Assembly: GCA_039208735.1 (NCBI GenBank)
Contig: JBCCQY010000145.1
Coordinates: 1-23,763, forward strand
Length of the DNA: 23,763 nt
From: Myxococcota bacterium
Lineage (GTDB): Bacteria; Myxococcota_A; UBA796; GCA-2862545
Direction of reading: 5' to 3'
A model generated the notes under the pieces. That model was given only the letters and a program-made list of their open reading frames with translations. It was not told where the DNA came from and did not search any database. Positions 18,013 to 23,763 of this stretch are shown piece by piece (position 1 is the stretch's first letter; each line of letters starts with the position of its first letter). Made by a program: the position numbers and the translations under genes.

Positions 18013-18013
18013 C

Positions 18014-18553
18014 CTATCGACGTTTGCGCGGGGGCCGCTTGGCGTCGGTGCAAGCGTCGGAACTCCCGAGGCGGCAAGCGTGCTCCAAGCACGTCAGCTG
18101 GGCCGCCGCGTCGGTGAGCAGGCACTCGGCATAGCAGCTCAGCGCGTCGCCAAGCGCACACGCCCGCTGTTGGGTCTGACGTTCATCCATTCCCTGCGTG
18201 AGGGCCGGGTAGTGCCGGCGAACCAGCACGATCCATCCTGACAGCTCCCCGCATGTGCGCCCGGAACCACCCTGGCAAGCCTGCGCCAGCGACCGGAGCT
18301 TCCGCTCACACCACGCCCGGTCCGGGGGGCCTCCCAACCGCACCCAAGCATCTTGGCAGGCGGCATCGTGCTCCAGCTCACAGGCTCGGAGGTACAAGGG
18401 TCGCCACTCCGACGTGGGCCTGTCGGCAACAAGACGCCGCACTCCCAACCGAAAACACGCGGCTGCGTCGTCGGTCGCACACGCGGCTTTCAGGGCGGCG
18501 TCGTCCCGCTGATTCGGGCCAGCCCATACTTGCATCAACCCAAGCCACCACAT
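18014..18553 (-). CDS. Cys-rich Sel1-like repeat protein
   Basis: Repeated AC-x6-C pairs (ACATDDAAAC, ACELEHDAAC, ACALGDALSC, ACRLGSSDAC). Confidence 0.75.
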   Translation of the reverse strand: MWWLGLMQVWAGPNQRDDAALKAACATDDAAACFRLGVRRLVADRPTSEWRPLYLRACELEHDAACQDAWVRLGGPPDRAWCERKLRSLAQACQGGSGRTCGELSGWIVLVRRHYPALTQGMDERQTQQRACALGDALSCYAECLLTDAAAQLTCLEHACRLGSSDACTDAKRPPRKRR

Positions 18554-18560
18554 CGCCTGC

Positions 18561-19358
18561 CTACCCCCGGTGTTCCGTCATCACTTGCTGCGGTTCCGAC
18601 ATTGCGCGTTGGCGTGCTTCCTCGACGTCGGCGCGATGCAGATCGCGGAGCCGCTCGCTCGCGCCCTCAGGACAACCTCCAATGACCTTGAGCGCGTTCG
18701 GTTTCGCATCTTGGGTCACCGTGGTCCAGCAGGAGACACCGTCCGCGCTCTCCTGCTTCGCTAGTGCATCATCGGCCGCAATCCCGGCTTCGATCTTCTC
18801 ATTGAGCTCGTCTACCGCGGTCCACGGGAGGTCCGGCGTCAGTGCGGTGCGGTCAGGGTTCGACTTCAGCCGCTCGAGCAACTGTGCTGCCTTGCGAGCC
18901 CGTCCCTTGTCCAGCGTATCTTCCGCCCGAAGGTACAGAAACCGCCGCTGGTTGAATCCTGCCCACGTCCGCACGCGTTCCATCGACGGCGCATGGCCGG
19001 TGCCTGCCAGGTGTCCAAACAACGTCCTCGCGTCGTCGAAGCGCCCCTCGTAGAGCGCGACGCGCGCCTGCCGGTCGAACCCTAGTTGCTGCACCACCCC
19101 CAGCATGCGCACAACCCCGCGCTCATCGGACTTGCGCAGGCCCCCGATCGACAGCACGAGGTGCGTCAGCTGCGCGGAACACACGAACCGCTCCGCCTCG
19201 AGATCCTGCTTGGCCAGCTCGAAGAGTTGCTTGCGGCGGGCCTTCGTATCGAGGTCCTTCACGGTCTCCGCGAACGCGGCGTGGCCGCAATCCGTAAGGA
19301 ACTCTTGGGGCGTCGCAGCATTTGCGACCATGCCCAAGAGCCAGAGGTTCGGTACCAT
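18561..19358 (-). CDS. Secreted helical (TPR-like) hypothetical protein
   Basis: GAGGAG RBS, short signal ending ANA, helical repeats, 7 bp upstream of the Sel1-like gene. Confidence 0.7.
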   Translation of the reverse strand: MVPNLWLLGMVANAATPQEFLTDCGHAAFAETVKDLDTKARRKQLFELAKQDLEAERFVCSAQLTHLVLSIGGLRKSDERGVVRMLGVVQQLGFDRQARVALYEGRFDDARTLFGHLAGTGHAPSMERVRTWAGFNQRRFLYLRAEDTLDKGRARKAAQLLERLKSNPDRTALTPDLPWTAVDELNEKIEAGIAADDALAKQESADGVSCWTTVTQDAKPNALKVIGGCPEGASERLRDLHRADVEEARQRAMSEPQQVMTEHRG

Positions 19359-19490
19359 GTGATCTCCTCGAGGCTGGGGTTCCCATCCTACGATGCTGCG
19401 GCTTCGCTGATTGCGGCATCAACGTCGTGGACCGTGAGGCGCTGGTGCACGTATGCCTGAACGTATGATAAGTTGGGACGCCAGAAGGCG

Positions 19491-19768
19491 ATGCGAAAGG
19501 CGTCGACGCGGTCGAAGGTGAATCCGAGATACAGGGGCATGTACCGGGTGAAGAACTCGTCTTCTTACGATCAGTCGCTTCGCCGACGGGGCGAGTTCAC
19601 GGTCAGCCCAAGTTCTCCGACGCCGTCATCGAACTGGCCCTAAATTTGCGACTCTTGTTTCGTCTTCCCTGTCGCCAGACCGAGGGATTCCTCGGCTCGT
19701 TGCTTCGGCTCGCGGGCATTGACCTCGACGCTCCCGATTACACCACGCTGTCCCGGCGGACCCGAGGA
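19491..19768 (+). mobile_element. IS5-family (IS903-like) transposase N-terminal fragment, degenerate
   Basis: Manual translation MRKASTRSKVNPRYRGMYRVKNSSSYDQSLRRRGEFTV, frame jump at ~19602, then GQPKFSDAVIELAL..LPCRQTEGFLGSLLRL..PDYTTLSRR. No DDE domain or terminal repeats seen. Confidence 0.8.
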
Positions 19769-19913
19769 CCATGCTGAGCTTCTTGACGAACGAACGCCTT
19801 TGCGGCGCTACGCAGGACGGGGTCACCGACTTGATCGAGGTGCCGATGGACCGAGCGCACGAAGAACTGCTCGGTGGCGGGGAAAAAAGGTTCTGTGCGT
19901 TCATCGCGTGGGT
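19768..19913 (-). pseudogene. Remnant of a predicted metal-dependent hydrolase (PF10118-like)
   Basis: THAMNAQNL / FPATEQFFVRSV..DPVLR..AFVRQEAQHG, with a frameshift in an A6 run (~19883-19888). Truncated at the IS5 fragment. Confidence 0.65.
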
Positions 19914-19973
19914 GGGGTGCTTCCCCGACGGCTGCTCGGGGTGATCCCGAGATTGGAACGTCCCATCGTCCGA

Positions 19974-21278
19974 TCAATTTGCTGGGAACTCCGTCCAACC
20001 CGTCCACCACGCCGCGTCGGCTCCGGGGCGGACCGCGCCCACGTAGTTCGCGCTTTCGTCCCAGAAGCGGTCCTCGGGCGTGCGGGCGGCCGGCGTGTTG
20101 GCGACCAAGCCTTCGCCGGCAGGTGTGAAGGCGTCGTCGGACGGCGTCAAATCCTGCTTCCCATCGGGTTGTAGCACGACCATCGCATTGGGGAACACGC
20201 CGGCGGACGTGCTCGCGTTCATCGCCTTCGGATCGAAGAACCAAGCAGACTCGTCGAAGTCGTCGTCATCGGTCTCGACGTCGTCCTCGGCGTCGAAGTA
20301 CCCGTCACCCCGCGGCCCAATCTCCGCGAGCAGGGTGTGGCTGACTTCAAGTTCTCCCGATTCGATCGCTCGCGTCGTCTCTCGGTCTCGAATATCGATG
20401 CTCTCTAAACCAAACCCACTGATAATGCTGTTACGAACCATCCCCGCGGTGCCTGCGCGAAGGATGATGCCTCGGGACGCACTGCCGTCGTCGTTCACCC
20501 CAAGCAGCGTGGCATTGTAGATGGTGGGTGCGCTGCGAGGCATTTCATCGAGTTCGTCGTCGTTGTTCTCGCCCTCGACGGCGGAGCCCGAGGGCTCGCC
20601 ATGCTGGATGATCAGGTACTGTACGTTGCCCCGCCAGCCCTCACTCCAGTCCAGCCCCTGGCCGTTGGGGTAGCTGACCAGCAGATGCCGTATGTCGACG
20701 GTCCCTCCCACAACCTCGACGCCATCGTCCAGAGTCGCGTGGGTCTGTACGAAGTCGACGATGGTGCCCGACCCACACCCCGCGAGCGTGAGGCCGTTCA
20801 GGTCGCTGTCCCGATCCAAAAAGAAGCCGGCAAACTCGACACGAACGTATTGCAACGCCCCACAACTGTGTTGGTCGTCTTGACCCCCATAGGTTCCGCG
20901 CGCATCGGATTCGTCAATGCCCTCGGCAGCCCCGGTGCCTTCGTGAACGACACCCCGCCCGAGCAACACGAGCCCCCCCCAGTCCCCCGCCGCTCGGGCT
21001 CCGGTGGGCTGGTCACTGGTGAAGACGATGGGCTCGGTGGCCGTGCCTCGCGCTTCGATACGGCCCGACCGGGTGATCACGAGCGCAGAGCTGCTGGTGC
21101 CTCGAAGGGTCGTGCCGGGCTCGATGGTGAGCGTCGCATCCTCGACGAACACCACGCCATCGATGAGCCACGCGCGATCGGCTTCGAGCGTGAGGTCCTG
21201 GTCGATCGTTCCCGACAACCGCACCTCGGGCCAAGGCCCGACACAAGCCCCCAAGAGCAGCAGCCACTGTCCGAACAT
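19974..21278 (-). CDS. Acidic beta-helix lipoprotein
   Basis: GAGG before ATG 21278. Lipobox LGAC. LTIEPGT, PIVFTSD..GDWGGLVLLG, YVRVEFAG, NGLTLAGCGSGT, DDGVE, C-terminal WWTGWT. Confidence 0.85.
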   Translation of the reverse strand: MFGQWLLLLGACVGPWPEVRLSGTIDQDLTLEADRAWLIDGVVFVEDATLTIEPGTTLRGTSSSALVITRSGRIEARGTATEPIVFTSDQPTGARAAGDWGGLVLLGRGVVHEGTGAAEGIDESDARGTYGGQDDQHSCGALQYVRVEFAGFFLDRDSDLNGLTLAGCGSGTIVDFVQTHATLDDGVEVVGGTVDIRHLLVSYPNGQGLDWSEGWRGNVQYLIIQHGEPSGSAVEGENNDDELDEMPRSAPTIYNATLLGVNDDGSASRGIILRAGTAGMVRNSIISGFGLESIDIRDRETTRAIESGELEVSHTLLAEIGPRGDGYFDAEDDVETDDDDFDESAWFFDPKAMNASTSAGVFPNAMVVLQPDGKQDLTPSDDAFTPAGEGLVANTPAARTPEDRFWDESANYVGAVRPGADAAWWTGWTEFPAN

Positions 21279-21291
21279 GCACACCTCTGCG

Positions 21292-22011
21292 TCAGAAACG
21301 AACCATGAGCTCGGCTCCGGCCGGTCCCATACCAATGTTCCAGGTTGAATCTGCCGGGCGCGGCACGACAAAGCCGATTGCCGCTAAGGCAACTCCGGCC
21401 CCGACCCCCACCAGCGCCACATTGTTGACGGTCCGTGAAACGGCGTACGAAGAGGGGTCTCCCGACGCAATCGCCGTGCGGCTCGTCTGGAAGCTGCCGA
21501 TCGCAACGCCGCCGCTGATGGCGGCCGTCGAGGCGCCAGCGGCGACCAACCCCCAACGTGGTCGTCGCCGGGTAGGCTCGAACTCGGGCTCCGATGGGGT
21601 CACGATGGCGGGTTCCGGCTCGGATGGGGGGAGGTTGGGCACCTCGATGGGCTCGGGAGGCGACGCCCGTTCGAGGCGCTCCTCGATGGCCAAAACCCGA
21701 CGTCGGATTGTCGTCTGTTCCGAATCCGGTGCATAGAGCCGATAGCGCTCCAGGGTTTCTAGGGCTTCCCGCAATAGGCCACCACGCTCCTGGGCATTGG
21801 CGATGTTGAACAAGATTTCGGGCGCCTCCGTCATCGCGTAGGCCTTCTGAAATGCCTCAACGGCGCGCTCGTATTGGCCCTCTTCGTACCACTGGGTGGC
21901 GAGCGAATAGAGCTTTCGGGCTTCGTCGAGTTCGGCCGGAGGAGGTTCGGATTCGGGGTTTGGAGACTGGGCAAAGGCTGATGCGAACAAGAACAACGCT
22001 AGCGCGAGCAT
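21292..22011 (-). CDS. Secreted/membrane TPR protein
   Basis: Signal peptide AFA. TPRs (YEEGQYERAVEAFQKAY..ILFNIANAQE). Pro-rich linker. Two C-terminal hydrophobic helices. Confidence 0.85.
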   Translation of the reverse strand: MLALALFLFASAFAQSPNPESEPPPAELDEARKLYSLATQWYEEGQYERAVEAFQKAYAMTEAPEILFNIANAQERGGLLREALETLERYRLYAPDSEQTTIRRRVLAIEERLERASPPEPIEVPNLPPSEPEPAIVTPSEPEFEPTRRRPRWGLVAAGASTAAISGGVAIGSFQTSRTAIASGDPSSYAVSRTVNNVALVGVGAGVALAAIGFVVPRPADSTWNIGMGPAGAELMVRF

Positions 22012-22028
22012 CGGAGTCGTCCTCTTCT

Positions 22029-22532
22029 CTACGGGTCGCCGAAGGGGTCCTTCAGATCGGACTTACGAACCCCCAGCGCCTCGGGTGCGGGGACCGAAGG
22101 CGAAGCAGTGGGGCGGGAAGGGGGAGGTGACGGAGGAGCATCGACCTTTGGACTCACCGGGGAAGCGTCCTCGACCGAGGCGCGTCCAGGGTCGATGGCA
22201 GCTGGCGGAGGCGGGGGAGCGACGAGACCTTTGGCAGGTCGCCCCTCTTCGGTTGGGTGTGCGGCCTCTCCGTCAGTCGGGAAGCCGAACGTTCGGACCA
22301 TCCAAAACGCCGCTGCGGCCCCGATGAGGATCAAGGGAAGTCCGACCATGGCGACCGCGGGGAAAATCGAGGCACGCCGTGGTTGTTCGGGCCCTTCCTC
22401 CGCCACGAGCTTTGCGCCGTCGGCGAGACACACCGTGTAGGAGGAGTCGTAGGTCGCACCGCACCGGGGGCACCGTACGACATCACCGATGAGATTGAGT
22501 CTGGGTGGCTTGTGTGCGGGTTCTCGTGCCAT
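22029..22532 (-). CDS. Single-pass membrane protein with N-terminal Zn-ribbon-like motif and Pro-rich tail
   Basis: CPRCGATY..C.ADG, one TM segment, Pro-rich tail ending DLKDPF. Confidence 0.7.
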   Translation of the reverse strand: MAREPAHKPPRLNLIGDVVRCPRCGATYDSSYTVCLADGAKLVAEEGPEQPRRASIFPAVAMVGLPLILIGAAAAFWMVRTFGFPTDGEAAHPTEEGRPAKGLVAPPPPPAAIDPGRASVEDASPVSPKVDAPPSPPPSRPTASPSVPAPEALGVRKSDLKDPFGDP

Positions 22533-22703
22533 GGCGGACGGAGTTCCTTCGAATTCGACGTGATGGAGAGTCTGCAGCAGATCTTGATGACGCGAGGACT
22601 ACCATAGAACTGCTCGCATTTCACCTGACCCGAGTCCACGACGAAGATCACGAGTCGACGGCAAACGGTCGCGATACACAGTGAACGCGCGTGGGAGGGT
22701 GAA

Positions 22704-23657
22704 TTGCGGCGAGGACTCGACCGTGGAGTACGTCGGGTAGCGCTGGTGGGTACAGAGAGTCAGCAAACTCAACTGCGGCAGATTCTCTTGTCGGTCGATG
22801 GGCAAATCGAGCCTCATCGCGCTGCACCTACCGCCGTGACGAGCGAGCACGACCTCGTGTTCGTGGCGTCCCCCTTTGACGAAGCCACCCTGCACCACCT
22901 GTCGAGCCTCGATGCCACGCCGTGGCTCGTGATCCTCACCCCGCGGCTGGACGGGGCGCTGATGTCGCGCATCGAAGGCGTGTCCAACCTGGTCGCGCTG
23001 CTGTCCATCGACGCCAAAGGAGGACCCCGGGTCGGCCACATGATGTACGTCATCCGGCGTCTCCTAAGCCCGATGGCGGTCACGCCGTCGTCCCAGGAAC
23101 TGATGCGATGGGGCAGCACCACGATCTCGTGGACGCCTCGCTCGACGGCGGAAGCGGCGTCCTTGGTCGACGCTCTCGGTGCGGTGGGCCATCGCTTGGG
23201 ACTGTCGCAAGCCGAAGCCGCTGCCACCTGTGTCGCCGCCCACGAGCTGGTGACCAACGCGCTGTATGCCGCTCCAACGGATTCCAAGGGAAACCTGCGC
23301 TTCGCACACCATCGCGAACAGCCGGTGGAACTCTCCGCATCCGAGGCACCTCGCATCGAACTCACGGTGGATGGCAACTCGGTCGCCGTCGATGTGACGG
23401 ATCCGTTCGGTGGGTTGACCGCCGCGCGCTTCTTCGCCGCGATTGGAAACGACCTGGCGGGCAGCGGAGGGGTGGTCACCTTGGACCGCTCCCACGGAAG
23501 TGCGGGACTCGGACTCTCACGATGTCTTCGAGAGGGGGCTACGCTCCGAGCCGAGGTCACGCCGGGAGTTCGGTCGTTCGTCGGTTGGTGGCGAGACCGG
23601 CGACACCACTTGCCCTCGGCCGGTCGGTCGGCGATCTTCCTCGAAACCTCATCGTAG
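22704..23657 (+). CDS. Protein with C-terminal HATPase_c (anti-sigma/RsbW-like) domain
   Basis: GGAGG before TTG 22704. HELVTNAL (N-box), VTDPFGGL (G1), AGLGL (G2). Confidence 0.75.
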   Translation: MRRGLDRGVRRVALVGTESQQTQLRQILLSVDGQIEPHRAAPTAVTSEHDLVFVASPFDEATLHHLSSLDATPWLVILTPRLDGALMSRIEGVSNLVALLSIDAKGGPRVGHMMYVIRRLLSPMAVTPSSQELMRWGSTTISWTPRSTAEAASLVDALGAVGHRLGLSQAEAAATCVAAHELVTNALYAAPTDSKGNLRFAHHREQPVELSASEAPRIELTVDGNSVAVDVTDPFGGLTAARFFAAIGNDLAGSGGVVTLDRSHGSAGLGLSRCLREGATLRAEVTPGVRSFVGWWRDRRHHLPSAGRSAIFLETSS

Positions 23658-23763
23658 GCGCGCCTCGCTTACGGGCTCCTCACGAACCGCTAGAGACCTG
23701 ACCAACAGTCACGCGGCTTCCTTCAGTCGTCCGAGGACGAAGCAGTTCGCTACAACCGCGCAA

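Noticed and set aside
19388..19560. Minus-strand reading EFFTRYMPL.. as the hydrolase C-terminus
   Set aside because: Mostly antisense of the IS5 transposase start; no convincing motif.

Overview
GC-rich bacterial DNA, probably Myxococcota (inferred from two MYXO-CTERM-like sorting tails, a DUF2330 protein, a MopE-like repeat, many lipoproteins and TPR/Sel1 proteins). It is an accessory region of about 20 genes. The main discovery is a complete IS110-family (IS621-like) element at 6871-8284, bounded by CT cores. Its ~390-nt non-coding left end can be read as a bridge RNA. One loop carries guides matching the actual insertion site (GGGCGGC-CT-ATCT), and another carries guides matching the element's own circle junction (AGAGAAT-CT-TGTA). 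Unexpectedly, a second, architecturally matching target-type loop is programmed for a different site (TCGGCGC-CT-ACTT), making this a candidate dual-target bridge RNA. The recombinase has one in-frame TAG. Also present: a retron-like ncRNA plus a reverse transcriptase that has lost its YADD core, a DUF4062-SF1 helicase fusion (candidate defence protein), a class II aaRS-like orphan, and a recurring pattern of internal deletions (RT, PhoD, IS5 fragment, cytochrome c, possibly a kinase) that could be decay or assembly artefact. All family calls are by-eye motif recognition and all RNA structures are manual pairing; no searches or folding programs were run.
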